Made by a program: the position numbers and the translations under genes. This document shows, piece after piece, positions 42,359 through 57,671 of a stretch of 64,000 bases of DNA. Source of the DNA: Flaccisagitta enflata. Lineage: Eukaryota. The notes under the pieces were generated by a model. The model was given only the letters and a program-made list of their open reading frames with translations. It was not told the origin of the DNA and did not search any database. Positions within the stretch are counted from its first letter, which is position 1. Each line of letters begins with the position of its first letter. The stretch lies in assembly GCA_965153355.1 (NCBI GenBank), contig OZ231126.1:2790001-2854000 (forward strand). The letters run 5' to 3'.

Positions 42359-43381
42359 GGCTCTATACACCAAAATCCATATATTGTGGACAGAAAACCT
42401 ATGTCCCATCTTGACATTTCTTTTTATTCCGCTTACAACAAACATGGATGAAATTTGTTTGTCCCTTGACCTCCGTTATGGCAGGTAACTGTATCCATCG
42501 TTACTCTTGAATCCGTTAAAGCGGGGTGTGACTGTATTGCTGTGTCGCTCAGATTTTTTGCCTCGTGGCTTACCAAGGATTCTATGCATTGTTTCTGAGA
42601 AAGACATGTTGGACCGCATGATTGAGATTTTAAGAAAATCAGCGCACTGAATCATAACTTGTACAATAAACTTCTATTTGAAAATTGGACAACATTACTA
42701 CTATTTGAGCTAGACAGCACCAGAAAGTGAACAATGAAGAAAGTGCATCGAAGTAGAATGCATAAGATTTGATCTATCCCTCTTCGATGACCAGACCACG
42801 CAAAAAAAAAAGACGCACCTTTTTATTTGCTGATAAAACTGACTAAAAAAATGTTAAAAAGATTTATTAGAGAAATGATTTTGAAGATTTTCAAATTATT
42901 TTTCATTCTAGACCAATCCCAGATCTGTATCTTTAACGGTTTAGGAGCTAGAGCTCTCTAAAGTGAGACACCATTTTGCTGAATTGCATCTTTTTCAAAG
43001 GGACTGCAAAAACAAATTTTGCAGCATTTTTACTCAAACTAATGCTATTTCTAAACGAAAAAAGATAGAGATACCAGATTAGCGCCAAATGAAAGAGTTT
43101 TTCAAGGGCTTCAAAATGGTCTAAGTTTTTTTTATTTTCAATGGCGCAATCAACTATTCAAAAGTGCGTCTTTTTTTTTAATTCGTATAGTATACCAGTA
43201 TACGAAGTGATGGAAAGACTTTCCCCCCACTTGCCTTCTCAGTTGCTTATAACGGACTCCACATGAGGATGCGTCCATTGGTCCGTCGGTTGGTCCGTGA
43301 GTAAGAAAATCTGTAATGGACGAAGTGGAATTGGGCAAAATATTGAGTTTCATACATTTTCTGACCATCCCCAACTGTATA

Positions 43382-44888
43382 ACAGGGTGAGCGAAAAATT
43401 TTGCACAAACATATGAGTACAGAAACAGCACTTTCAGGTATCTTGAAAAAGTGAAATTTAGATCATAACCCACAACTAGTTCTATCGCACAGTAGTATGG
43501 GCCATTATTCACTTTTCCAATTGCTGTTTCCATTTGGAGGCATCAAAGTTGAACCGGAGAGTCAGATTTTTCAAGAATTTTACCAGCCTAGTTTAAAGAA
43601 GTGGAATCTCCACTTAGTCTTGTACTTTTCTCATGCCTTGCGTCCTCTGCTAGTAATTGTCATACAAAACATGTTACCTTGATGTCAGATAGTCATACCA
43701 ACTGATGATTGGGTCAGGGGGGTCAGAATTGTCTGACAAAATAAAGAAAAACTGATGCCACTAGATCAAGGGAACAACGAAAATCATGGCACATAAACTT
43801 CATACAGCCGGAAACCCTTAAAAAGCTCATTTCTGAGCTTTTGCTTTTTTTGCGTTTTTTTCTTAATTTCCCACAACCATACATCCCCATCGAGTGGGCT
43901 AATTTTTTTGGGGGGAAGAATGTTTGGGCAACAGCTATGTGTTGGAGAAAAATTGGGGTGTAGGTATGGATTTTTATCATTTTTTTCGATTGAAGAAAAA
44001 TTGAGAGGTGAAAATCGCGAACATGGCAACCTTCTATTTTCTTTATTTTTCACTCATGGATAGATTTTGGGGCAAGGAATGCATTTAGATTGTCAAATCC
44101 CTTACAAGTCTTCAAGAAATAGGCCAAAATAAAAAGATTAAAAAAAAAAAGCTCAGAATTAAGCTTTTTGAGCTTTTAGCTGGGTAACCAACTCAAAAAG
44201 CTCATTTCTGAGCTTTTTAAAAGCTCAAAGTTGAGCTTTTCAAGACAGAGTCTTTAATGACTTAGAGCACAGTCAGTCTTGAAAAGCTCAACTTTGAGCT
44301 TTTAAAAAGCTCAGAATTAAGCTTTTTGAGTTGGTTATCCAGCCAAGAGCTCAAAAAGCTTAATTCTGAGCTCTTCTTTATCAATTTATCTATTTTGGCC
44401 TATTTCTTGAAGACTTCTAAGGGATTTGACCATCTAAATAAATTCCTCGCCCCAAAATCTATCTATGAGTGAAAAATGAAAAAAATCGAAGGTTGCCATG
44501 TTCAAAATTTTCACCTGTCAATTTTTCTACAATCAAGAAAAAATATATAAATCCATACCTACACCCAAATTTTTCTCCACAACATAGCTGTTGCCCAAAC
44601 ATTCTTCCCCCCAAAAAATTAGACCACTCGATGGGGATGTATGGTCGTGGGAAATTAAGAAAAAACCGCGAAAAAAGCAAAAGCTCAGAAATGAGCTTTT
44701 CAAGGGTCTCCGGCTGTCATATGACCATTATGATTATTCATTTTCCAGACCTCATCTATTGCCTATAGCCAACAGTATTCTAAATTACCAAAATAAGGTA
44801 TTTGATTCATATCATGATAATATTTGCCCTGCATTGCAATATTTTTCAATGCTTATCAGAGTTGTGCAAAATTTTTTGCTCACCCTGT
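43382..44888. mobile_element. Tc1/mariner-type non-autonomous element hosting a palindromic insertion
   Basis: TA|ACAGGGTGAGCGAAAAATTTTGCACAA ... TTGTGCAAAATTTTTTGCTCACCCTGT|TA. Confidence 0.8.
43805..44716. mobile_element. 912-bp near-complete palindromic (foldback) element with 5-bp TSD
   Basis: TCATA|CAGCCGGAAACCC ... GGGTCTCCGGCTG|TCATA; arms ~440 bp, ~25-bp spacer at ~44248-44272. Confidence 0.85.
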
Positions 44889-45868
44889 TACGACTGATAT
44901 TGTTCATGTATCCGGCCTTGTTTTTAAATGCATCTCTATAAGAGGGTCCGTCCATCCGTCCGTCCGTCCGTCCGTCCGTCCGTCCATCCATCCGTCCGTC
45001 CGTCCGTCCGTCCATCCGTCCGTCCGTCCTTCCGTCCGTCCGTCCGTCCGTCCGTCCGTCCGTCCACGTTTCTTTGCTGTTTTTGCCACTCAGAGATTCT
45101 ATACTGAATCAAATGATCGACAAAAGTGTTTTGAGAGCCTCTTTTGCTACTATATCTCATCTCTGTATCATCTGTCTGTTCGTCCATCTGTCTCTCCCTT
45201 TATGTCACATATATGCATATTTTGCGCCAAATTCAATCCGTGCGGAGATACAGTTCGCACGCATCATTGCCCTATCGTTCAGTTTATCTAGTGCGCAAGA
45301 CTATCAAGTGTCGAAAGTGTTTGATATGAGCCATTTGAGTTATCGAATGAATCAACTGACTTTACTATCAGTCTCGAAGTAAGGATGAATATTGATATTG
45401 CCACCTGGAAGAATTATGGAAGACTAATTTATGCTCTCTTTTAGTCGCGTGCTACGCGACTCTATAACCCACTTTTCGGTCGGTCCGTCTATCCGTCCGT
45501 CCGTCTGTCCGTCCGTCTGTCCGTCACAAAAAGGTTTCAAAGGCTTTTTATTGCGTTTTTTATGTTCCTGAATGGTAGAAAAGAACTTTGGAGAAGTAAA
45601 CAACTAGCTAGTGGAAATATCTTTTTTTTAAAAAGTGGTTTGTCTGTCTGTCTGTCTGCCTGACTTTTTTTGAAAGTGCCGACGCACGCGACTTAGGTCT
45701 AATGACCTTGTTATTTACAAAGGATGATGATTGATGAAATGTTACAAGACGATGAACTTGGGCCAGCTAATTGGGATGGTTAACAAATGAGACCATGTCG
45801 AGACCCGAGTGTGGTTTATGGAACACAATTATAGCAGAGCAGCTCTTATATCTTATCAGACGGACGGA

Positions 45869-46027
<159 letters not shown>

Positions 46028-46329
46028 GGATGGACAGACGGATCAATTCAGTGGCGTCTAGGTTTTTTTTTATAGTTCAGGTAACAGAGAGAGACAGACA
46101 GACAGACAGAGAGAGATGTCATGATAATCTTTGGCAATGAACGTCTGTAAGCGTTAATGATTCATACTTATTTATTGATTCACAAGAACTTATAAATTTT
46201 CAGTTGTCATTTTGGGTTAAGCAGTTGGTCAGAAGAATCGTGTTTTCCTAAGAAAGAGCATGTTTGCATTATGTTGAGTAAATTGGAATTACCCCCCCTA
46301 AAAAAAAAACAAAGTAGGTCTTGATAAAA

Positions 46330-47672
46330 GATTCAAGCCGCAAAAGCGTTAAGATAGTCAGCGGTACCCGTTGCCTCAAAGTTTTAAAATACAAGGAACT
46401 GATAATAGGAGGGGTGTGTGCTTAAAAAGGACCCAAAGTTCTAAACTTTAAAACTTTATGTGTATAGCATATGGCTAATTTGGAATTTGAGCCTGAAGGC
46501 ATGGGTTTGTACCTCATGGACAAAATTTGGGCAAGAAGGCTAGAAGGCTAGAGGGCTTTGAAGCTGGCATGTGATCCTTGAGGACAAGATTTGGGCTTTA
46601 ACAAGGATTTTTAATGGAAATTTAGGATTTTGGCCTCAAGGTTAAGATATGAGCCTCAAGGCTAGAATATGGGTCTTAGGGCTTTGATTTGAACCCAAAA
46701 GCTAAGATCTGAGCCTCAAGTCTACAATTTAGGCCTTGAGGCTGGAATTGGGCCACAAGGCTGAGATTGAGGCCTTAAGGCTGAGAATAAGGTGAGGTGG
46801 GATGAAAGAAAGAAAAAATAGCAGCCCAAAGGCCAAAGGTGGTCAATGGTACCTGTGCCCTGCTAGATTAATGTGTGATTTAAGTTGAGGGGGAGCAGGG
46901 CAGCAGCCCCAAAGGGGGCGAAGTCCTGTAGATCACAGGGGGAATCTGTTTGTCTTTCCGTACGTCCATCCGTCTATCCGTATGTCCATCCGTCTATCTG
47001 TTTTTTAAATCATTCTGCCGAATAGCTCAAATCCAAGCAATATGGCCCAAATCTTAGCAAAATAGCCCAAATCTAAGTATAATGGCCAAAATCCACGCGA
47101 AATTGCCTAAATCTGGTGAGAATCTACATATTGGAGGCCACAGTATAGATCTGTGTGGCCAAAATGATAGACCTCAAGCCAGATTAGGGCCATTTTGCTT
47201 GGATTTGGGCCATTATGCTTGGATTTAAGCCATATTGCTTGGATTTGGGCCATTTTGCTTGGATCTGGGCTAATTGGCAGAATTTGGGTCAGAATAGACC
47301 CCAAAGGAGACAAAGCCCTCAGGATAGGGCGGGGGGGACAGACATACGGACGGACGGACGAACAGACGGATGGATCGACAGATGGATGGACGAACGGACG
47401 GATGGATGGATGGACAGACAGACAGACGGACGGATGGACGGATGGACGGACGAACGGATGGACGGACGGACGGACGGACGGACGGACGGACAGGTGGATG
47501 GACAAATGGATGGACGGACGGACAGACAGACAAACAGATTCCCCCCATGTTCTACAGGACTTCATCCCCTTTTGGGTTGCTGCCCAAAAAAAGCAGAACA
47601 ATGAAAAGAAATTCCCCTATTTGTGATATGGTGAAGGTCACTGATCCCTTCGAGACCGCTGCCCCAAAAAAC
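46330..47672 (+). mobile_element. Cluster of family B asymmetric-TIR elements with 20-21-bp repeat cores and (GGAC)n
   Basis: GGTCAGCGGTACCC-like leader, GGGCAGCAGCCCC..GTCCTGTAG and CCCATGTTCTACAGGAC..GCTGCCCAAAA. Confidence 0.7.
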
Positions 47673-48051
47673 TAGGCCTGGCGCCGGGCAGACATGATAA
47701 AGAAACCATAAATTCCATATGACCAGCCGGACCGGGCCGGGCCAACGTGATATCACAAACCGTATATTCCATATGACCGGCCAGCCAGTAAAATGACATT
47801 TATGACACTTTTAAATGTCACTTTACATCACCCCCTTTATCATAAAAATCACTTTCTCAAGTGATTTATAATTCTATTTGGTTTAATTTTTTTCCATGAC
47901 CACGCATTTTAAAAACATTGTAAAGTTTGTAGTATGATGTTTTATTGGAGTCATTCAGGCGTATCAACATTGATGATGCCGGGCGTTATATAGGATGGCG
48001 TTGCTACTTGACAATCCAGTCAAGTACAGGCGCTCTCTCTTCCTCTCATAT

Positions 48052-48283
<232 letters not shown>

Positions 48284-48480
48284 GGACGATTGTGTCAGAT
48301 TGACCTGTTAAGCGCGCGTTGCTCTTTTGTTAACTCCCCAGGAAATTGTCTGAGCCTAATCTCAGCCCGACAACTCCCAGCACACAGCGTGCTCTATTTA
48401 TTGGCAATAACATCGACACGATCAGAACATAAATCAGACTGTAATGGAACACTTGTGCCGAGCGGGGGACTACCCCCGGC

Positions 48481-49369
48481 CAGGGTGGTAGAAACAGGGG
48501 CACGCGGGGCACGTCGTGCCTCGGATCTATAGATTATAAGTCAGACTTATAGATTTAAGGAAAAGAAAAAAAAGGGCATAGGAAAAAAAATTAAAGGAAA
48601 AGGAAAAAATTAAAGGGAAAAGAAAGAAAGAAAGGAGATTTTAAAAAGAAACGAAGGAAAGAAAAGGAAAGAAAGAAAAAGAAAGCTGTGATTTTGAAAA
48701 TTCATTTGAAAACAACTTGGCTGTATATTATCTTGCATCGACATTCCACAAACTATAAAATGTCCTTAGGCGCCAGAATAGATTTTCTAAAATATGGCAC
48801 TAACATCGCGCGCGCGTTTGTGTTTTCCCATGCTTACGCATTTGTAACAGTATTTCAATTCCGCATTTCTTGTGTGGTTGAACTTGAAGAAAGATGGATA
48901 ATTTAGTTGGTCTCATTTCCAATGCCAGGGCTAAATATTTTGATATTTAGGTGCGACAAAGCAACTATAACCGGCTGTGTCCGTTGGTTGGTTGGTTGCT
49001 TGGTCGGTCGGGTAACGCATTTGTTCGATGATCCACACTTCGCACCTTTTTGGCCTACTTGAATTGGCCTTGTTGTCTTCATATCCGAGTGAGCCAGCGC
49101 GTAAATTCATTTTTGAAGAACTTAATGACTAAACATAGAATTTTTCATCTGAATCTGACAATAAGACAGGGGCCTACGTTTCCATCGAGTCTACTAGATT
49201 TGTTCCTTACTCTTTTGATTAACGACTTTTAAGTAACATCTTCTAGATGTTATTTTGTATTTTAAACACACACACACAACACACACCAACAATACACACA
49301 CAACACATACTTATCACAACAAACACACATACTCACACGCTTACACAACAAACACACACACTCACACAC

Positions 49370-49454
<85 letters not shown>

Positions 49455-49573
49455 TAGTGTCACAAGTGAATAAGAATGATGGGATTTGATGGTATAATGA
49501 TAACTCAAAAAGTCGGACTTATAGCGTCAGAAAAATGGTGTGCCTCGGACCTATAGAATTTTCTGCCACCCTG
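48481..49573. mobile_element. hAT-type MITE
   Basis: TIR CAGGGTGGTAGAAA / TTTCTGCCACCCTG; perfect 8-bp TSD CCCCCGGC. Confidence 0.88.
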
Positions 49574-50817
49574 CCCCCGGCCCTGTTAACCCCGAGTTCC
49601 CCTTGGGCTAGAAGGGCAACCAATCAACAAGATCTCCTGACCTGACCCTACGCGGGCGTTGAGATGATACAAGTTGATGCAGACATTTTCCAGATCGAAA
49701 TGTACCCACCCACCCACCCCATGGCACATCCCCACTAACAGCTTTTACAAGATACACTACACTACACCTGTTGAAAAAAAGTTTTACGACTTAAACGGGC
49801 TATCCAATGATTCTGGTTTTCATTGTATTATACTTCCTGGATTGTTGTGATATTGCCTGAATCAAAAATACAATACAATACCAGTAATGGCGGTTGTCGC
49901 CGTGAGGAAAAAAGTCGTAAGCGTTGGTCACTTTTCACCATCTTTGGTCACTGAAATTTTGTTAGATCAAATCAAAAGCAATTGTATGTATTGACTGCAC
50001 TGAAAATCAGAGAAAAATAGGACTGAGCCTAATGAGCTAGATAAGCTAAAATAATCAAAATGATTCAACCAGAGAACCAGCTTTGCTCACTGACATGCTT
50101 TTTTGTATTTGCATGCTGAAATCAAAACATACATTTATTAATCCTACTTAAAATCAGAGAAAAAGCGCAAGCTAAATAAACTAAATGAGCTAGAATACTT
50201 GAAAACGCCCTCACAAATGAGCAGCTCTGCTCATTTACATGTCTTCTTTTATTTGCAAATATTTATTTATTTATCATATTTGAAATCAGAAAGAATAGAC
50301 TGAGATAAGTGAGCTAAATGAGCTAAAATGCTCAAAAATTGCCTTCACAGATAAGCAGCTGTGCTCATAAATATGTTCTCTTGTATTTGCATGCTCAAAC
50401 AAACATAAATACACTCTTTTATAAAATGTACACAAAATTATAAAAAAAAAAAAATTTCATTTGAATTTTTATAAATAAATCTTTAAAAAATCATAGCGCG
50501 AAAAATATTTGTTGTAGAGCATTCTGCTTGGCTCCAAATGAAAGAGAATTATCAAATTTACTTACCCTATCAATTTCATTGGAGGCCCCAATCGCTCGAT
50601 CGAGACCCACAACTTCCTCATAAGAAAATGAAAACCCTGTTTCTCTCGAATATGTCAAAAAGTCGAAGACTGACTTTGACTTTTTTCCCGACAATGACGC
50701 TCACACCTGGCATGAGGGGCCAACAGGTTAGTAGTTTGGGGGTCGCTGGGGCGAATGAGTATAAATAGGAGGAGAAGAAGAAGAAGAATAAGAAGAAGAA
50801 GAAGAAAAAGAAAAAGA

Positions 50818-52274
50818 ATAGCAGCCCAAAGGCAGTAAGTGGTCAGCGGTACCCATGCCCTGCTTGAGTAGAAAGTGATTTAGGTTGAGAGGGAGCAGGG
50901 CAGCGGCCCCGAAGGGGACGAAGTCCTGTAGAACACAGGGGGAATCTGTTCGTCCTTCCATCCGTCCATACGTCCTTCTGTCTGCCTTCCATCTGTCCAG
51001 GATGCCCTGTGATTCAAATTTTCATTGAATACCATAGAGAAATGACAAAAGGCAGTATATGGACAATGGTATCCTTGCCCTTATTGTATAGTTTGTGGGC
51101 TATGTTGAGGGAGGGGCAGGCCAGGATCTGGGTCTCTGAGACCAAAATTTTAGTCTTTGAGACCAGTTTCTTGGTCTCAGAGGCAAGGATTTCAGTCTCT
51201 GAGGCTAGGATTTGGGCCTCTGAGGCCAGGATTTAGGTCTTTAAGGCCAGAACCTTAGTCTTGGAGGTTCCAATCTAGGTCCCAAAGGTCAGGATCTGGG
51301 TGTCTATAGCTAGGTTGTGGGTTTAAGGAGCCAGAATGTAAGTTTAGGGGCCAAAATGATAGAATTCAGGCCAGAATTCAGGTTTTCTAGCCAGATTTGG
51401 CCCATTTTGCCTGGATTTAGCCCATTGGCTGGATTTAGGCCATTTTGCTTGGATTTTGGCCATACAGCTAGGATTTGGGCCCCAAAGGAGACGAAGCCCT
51501 GAGGGTGGGGCAGAGGGGGGGACGGACGTACGGATGTACGTACGTACGGACGGACAGATTCCCCCTATGTTCTACAGGACTTCGTCCCCTTCGGGGCCGC
51601 TGCCCATAAAGAAACAGGTCGCCCAAGGGCAATATATGGTCAGCGATACCCGTTGCCCTGCTCTGTGAATTGGAGTGAGGGGAAGCAGGGCAGCGGCCCC
51701 GAAGGTGACGAAGTCCTGTAAAACACAGGGAGACTTTCGTTCGTCCTGCTTGAAGAAGTGGATAAGATGCTATAGAGGGCTTACTGAAGGTCTCCAAGAG
51801 CCTAAACTGAGGCCTAAGAAAGATGATATAAGGCCTCAGAATGCCAATCGGAAGCTTTAGAGGGCTGACTTAAGCTTGAGTGAGCTGGATTAAGGTTTGA
51901 AAGGTCAGAGGACTGATTTGAAGCCTGAGAGCAATAAATTGAGGCCTGAGAGACCTAATTTGAGGCCTGAGAGGCCAGGTTTGAGGCTTGAGAAGCCAGG
52001 TTTAAGGCCTGAGAGGCCTAATTTGAGGCCTGAGAGGCCAGGTTTGAGGCATGGGGGGCCCGATTTGAGGCCTGGAAGGCCGGATTTGAGGCCTGAGAGG
52101 CTGGATCTGAGGTCTGAGAGGCTGGATTTGAGGCCTGAGAGGCCAGATTTGAGGTCTCAGAGGCCAGAATTGAGGCCTGAGGGGCCTAATGAGGGGGGGG
52201 ACAAACTGACGAACGGACGAACGAAAGTCCCCCTGTGTTCTACAGGACTTCGTCCCCTTCAGGGCCGCTGCCCA

Positions 52275-52278
<4 letters not shown>
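50818..52278 (+). mobile_element. Two head-to-tail family B elements (50818-51610, 51612-52278)
   Basis: Each with subterminal/terminal GGGCAGCGGCCCC inverted repeats and a different 21-bp repeat core. Confidence 0.8.
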
Positions 52279-52925
<647 letters not shown>

Positions 52926-53764
52926 AAATTTCATCACTTTCAATCTCATTTTAAGCAGAAATGTCATAACTGTCACAAAATTATTGATCAAACACTTTTT
53001 CTTTCAAAAAAGTCTGTCTAAAATTCGATAAGATATCCTAAAAGTTAATCTTTATCTAAAATCGTTGATAACCTGCTGCACGTTCAAATCTATTTTAAGC
53101 ATTGATCATTTTAGTGAACCATACAATTTTGATCCAAACAAATCTTTAAGAAAATTAATCTAGTTACAAAGTTAAGTTAAAATAGCCGCTTTTATTTGTT
53201 GTGGAATATATCTTAATGTTTGGTTAGCAGAACAGTTAAAGAAAAACAAGTACCCTTCATTTGCACTTAAAATCTAATTTTCTATTGTTGCTTAAATTTT
53301 CTAGTTTAACAAGGTTATTAGACCTAAGTCGCGTGTGTCAGCATTTTCACAGAAGGTTGGACAAACAGACAGGCAGACAGAATAAAATTTTGAAAATGAC
53401 TTTTGAATTAGCCAACAGGTTCTTATTGGTACCTTTGAAATGTCTTTGAAACGTTTTAAATGCCTTTAATACAACTTTGTAACGGACCAACTGACCGACT
53501 GAATAGTGGCTTATAGAGTTGCGTAGCACGCGACTGAAAACAGTCAAGCATTTATGAGAGATCAAAACTTTTCTGCCATGGATTTGAATCCGAACCCCGA
53601 TCCCACTCCAAAAAAGTCTTATCGACGATTTCTTTACCTCATTATCAAATGCCTTCAAGTCAGGTCATTCATCTTACATTTGTTCATACTAATATTTTTT
53701 AGTCGAGGAGACCTTGCTTTTTCAGTCCATCCGTCCATACATCCATCCATACATCCATCCATCC

Positions 53765-53840
<76 letters not shown>

Positions 53841-54286
53841 TTCTGTCTATCTGTCTGTCTGTCTGTTCGTCAGTCGATCCGTCTGTTTGTCCGTCGGTTG
53901 TTTATTGGTGTATTAAGTCATTGTAAGGTATGTTGGTGTGAAATACTACTGTACTGGATTACTTCCCCTGCCCAACCATCCGCAACTTTTGCCCTGCTTT
54001 GGGCTTGTTTTTTTTTCGCTTCTTTTTTGCAACTGTTTCCCCTAATCTCCACATCTTATGCTGAGTTATTGTTATGGAGCTAGGCATTTACAGCGTTTCT
54101 ATCAGCAAGCTAGATGTTAAAGTTGTTGGATGTAAACTCATTGGACATAGATTTTAAACAAGCTCAATGGTTTATATATCTATTTCAATTGACGCGAGAT
54201 CGCAAAAGGGCTGTATTGAAGCGAGATAGTCAAATTGACAGAATGACATACAGAGCAACAGAATACAGTTGCAAAATTTATGGCAG

Positions 54287-55150
54287 CAGTGTGAACATTT
54301 CATTGTTTCATCTTTTAAGCTATCAGCATGAACATTTCATCGTTTTATCTTTTATGCTGTCAGCGTGAACATTGCATCATTTCATCTTTTATGCTGTGAG
54401 CGTGAACATTGCATCATTTCATCTTTTATGCCATCAGCGTGAACATTTCATCATTTCATCTTTTTTGTCATCAGCGTGAACATTTCATCATTTCATCTTT
54501 TATGTCATCAGCCTGAACATTTCATCATTTCATCTATTATGCCATAAGTGTGAACATTTCATTGTTTCATCTTTTAAGCTATCAGCGTGAACATTTCATC
54601 GTTTTATCTTTTATGCTATCAGCGTGAACATTGCATTGTTTCATCTTTATGCCATCAGCATAAACATTTCATCGTTTCATCTTTTATGCTATCAGTGTGA
54701 ACATTGCATTGTTTCATCTTTTATGCCATCAGCGTGAATATTTCATCGTTTTATCTTTTATACTATCAGCGTGAACATTGTATCATTTCATCTTTCATGC
54801 CATCAGCGTGAACATTTCATCCTTTCATCTTTTATGTCATCAGCGTGAACATTTCATTGTTTCATCTTTTATGCTATCAGCTTGAACATTGCATTGTTTC
54901 ATCTTTTATGCCATCAGCGTGAACATTGCATTGTTTCATCTTTTATGCCATCAGCGTGAACATTTCATCATTTCATCTTTTATGTAATCAGCGTGAACAT
55001 TTCATCATTTCATCTTTTATGTCATCAGCGTGAACATTTCATTGTTTCATCTTTAATGCCATCAGCGTGAACATTGCTTCGTTTCATCTTTTATGCTATC
55101 AGCATGAACATTTCATCGTTTCATCTTATATGTTATCATTTTGAACATTG
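54287..55150. repeat. 37-bp minisatellite, ~23 copies
   Basis: Unit CAGCGTGAACATTTCATCATTTCATCTTTTATGCCAT. Confidence 0.95.
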
Positions 55151-55825
55151 ATCAGCGTCACCTTGATCCATTATCAACTTGAAATACGTAATGTACTGAA
55201 CTGAAACTGGCCAACCCTTTCTGCGCTGTTGATTATCAGTCTTTAGTTTTGTTGCGTGCATGCGACTGTATAAGCGACTCATTGATCGATAAGACCATCC
55301 CTTTATCCATGCGTCCGGTACATGAGATGTGTACCTAGTGCCTACAATCAAAAAGTCGCATTGGGTCTTGTCTCTTCACGCAGAAAATTGTGTTTGAAAT
55401 CAGCCACTGGGTCACTCGCTCCATTCATTCGCTCACTCCTCTCACTTTGCTATCCTGCTCACTACACTATTCCGCTCAAGATGCTCAAGATGACTAGCTC
55501 TGCATCACTCTGCTTCATTATGCTTATTAGATTTGCTTGCTTTGTTCACTCACTTTGAGATTCATTAGGATGTGTTCCCCCTGAAAACGCAATTAACGGC
55601 AGTAATCGCAATTGTTGTTGCCAGTAGAAACACGCCCACTGCAAATTGGGGATGTGTTCATGCTGTAAACGCGATTAATGGTAGTAACCGCAATTTGGGT
55701 TTTCACCAGAAACACGCTCTTACATGGAGAGAATCCAGATGTGTTCACGCTGAAAACGCAATAAACTCTAGTAAACGCGATTGTTGTTGTCAGTATAAAC
55801 ACTCTCTTACATGGAGAGAATCCGG

Positions 55826-56427
55826 ATGGATTTACTTCGGACGCCGAAACAAAAAGGATACCAAGATTTAGACGATGAAAACCAAAATGATGACAACCAA
55901 ACTGAAGATCAGCAACAATCAACATTGAGTGACTTGGCAGCCGCAAACGCCACGAGTACCGACATTGCTACAAACACCGATATTGCCGCAAGTACCGTTT
56001 ATGCCGCAAATAGTACAAACGTCGCTGCAACTACCGACCCCTCATCCTCCATGAATGTATCGTCGGGGCCTTCGGTATCTCCAATAATAGCGCCCAACAT
56101 TCCGTCATCTGCTTCTTTGACGTCACCGCCCAACACTTTGTCAACTGCATCTTCAACATCACATCCCAACATTCTGTCAACCGCATCCAAGCCTCCAACT
56201 CCCAATCCCTCGTCGACTCGCGTCATCCTTAAAGCCAGTTCAAGGAAAGCCTCCACTTCCTCCTCATCTTCCGCCGCCTATGCCAATGCATCGGCGCCGC
56301 CTTACGCAGCTGTAGATAGTGCTGCTGCTGTCACCGCTTCTGTTGCTGCTGTTGCTGCTGCTTCTGCTGCAGTTGCCTCTTCGAAGTACGCGCCAGCTTC
56401 AGCCGGTGCCTCGTCTGCGGTGCCGAG
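55826..56427 (+). CDS. TMEM106: TMEM106-family gene, putative coding exon 1 (S/T/A/P-rich N-terminal extension)
   Basis: Open frame MDLLRTPKQKGYQDLDDE...SAVP(R); donor CCGAG|GTACGT, phase 2 matches next exon. Confidence 0.65.
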
Positions 56428-56726
56428 GTACGTCGTTTCAGCCCATGACTTTTGCTTTGTTTTGTTTTGTTTTGTTTTGTTTTGTTTTGTTTTGTTTTGT
56501 TTTGTTTTGTTTTGTTTTGTTTTGTTTTGTTTTGTTTTGTTTTGTTTTTCCCATTACATTGCATTTTGTTTTATTTTTGGCTCTTAACCGCGGCCGACGG
56601 CTTTAGTATTCTCTTTTCTTCCTCACGATTCAGCTATCAGCATAGCCTTCATTCCCCAACCCCTTTATATTTTGAGGCATAATCATAGGTCATTGGCCCC
56701 TTGCAGGCGGCTGTCCCTCCCTCTTA

Positions 56727-57504
56727 CAGGGTGTATCCCGCCAAAAGTTACCAAAGAAAACGATGTAATTCTGCAATGGAAAATGATGAATTGAATCTGA
56801 AAAAAATGTTGTAAAGCTCTGTAAAAACGATTTTATCTTGTTCTGATTGGTTTTGACCTTCTATCTTTTTTGCCCCTATTTAAAACGCATTTCAAAAAAC
56901 ATTCATTTTTAAAAACTGCATTTTTACAATTTTTGAATTATCTAAGCAGTTGAATCTTTCATCTTAAATTCAATGTCATTTCAAAACAAATTGAGATAAA
57001 TCTGTGGGATTGGACTCACATCAGAGCTAATTTTACAAATTTTATGAAAATGCTGGAACAGATCTTGTCAAAGGATATCAGATCAAGAAATTTATTTTTT
57101 CTTTACCACTTTCAAAGTGTTGCTTTAAAAAGATGGGTTTTTTGAGTCGCTTAAACTAGTCAAAATGCTTATAGAAAACAAAAATTCAAATACATTTAAA
57201 ATCCATTTTGAATTTTGATCAATTTTAGTCCGAATCTAAATTTTTTTCCTTAGTCCCTGAGTGAATTCATTGATTTAAAGTTAAAAAACCCTTAAAAATC
57301 AATAATCATCCTTTGAAACATGGAAAAAGCTACTGTTTCTTGTTTTTTTCTCAACGAAAAATAGTCATTCCTCTAAGGCTTTGAACTAAACAGCAAAAAA
57401 TCGTTTTTAAAGGGCTTTTTGAAACTGTTTTCAAATTTGATTCACCACTTCTAGAAGCAGAGTTTCGTCGTTTTCTTTTGTAACAGTTCGCGGGGTACAC
57501 CCTG
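56727..57504. mobile_element. Tc1/mariner-type MITE in TMEM106 intron 1
   Basis: TA|CAGGGTGTATCCCGC..GTTAC.AAAGAAAACGA ... TCGTTTTCTTTTGTAAC..GCGGGGTACACCCTG|TA. Confidence 0.88.
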
Positions 57505-57556
57505 TAGTTCACTTTTCGTTTTTCCTCATCACTCACCCCCCTCCTCACCCCTCCAT

Positions 57557-57654
<98 letters not shown>

Positions 57655-57671
57655 CACACACATTTGAACAG

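Noticed and set aside
43784-44768. Pair of similar 89/99-aa ORFs on opposite strands
   Set aside because: Mirror translations of the two arms of a non-coding palindromic element.
49886-50705. Degenerate TIR element (GGAAAAAAGTC / GACTTTTTTCC)
   Set aside because: Short match only; ends and TSD could not be defined.
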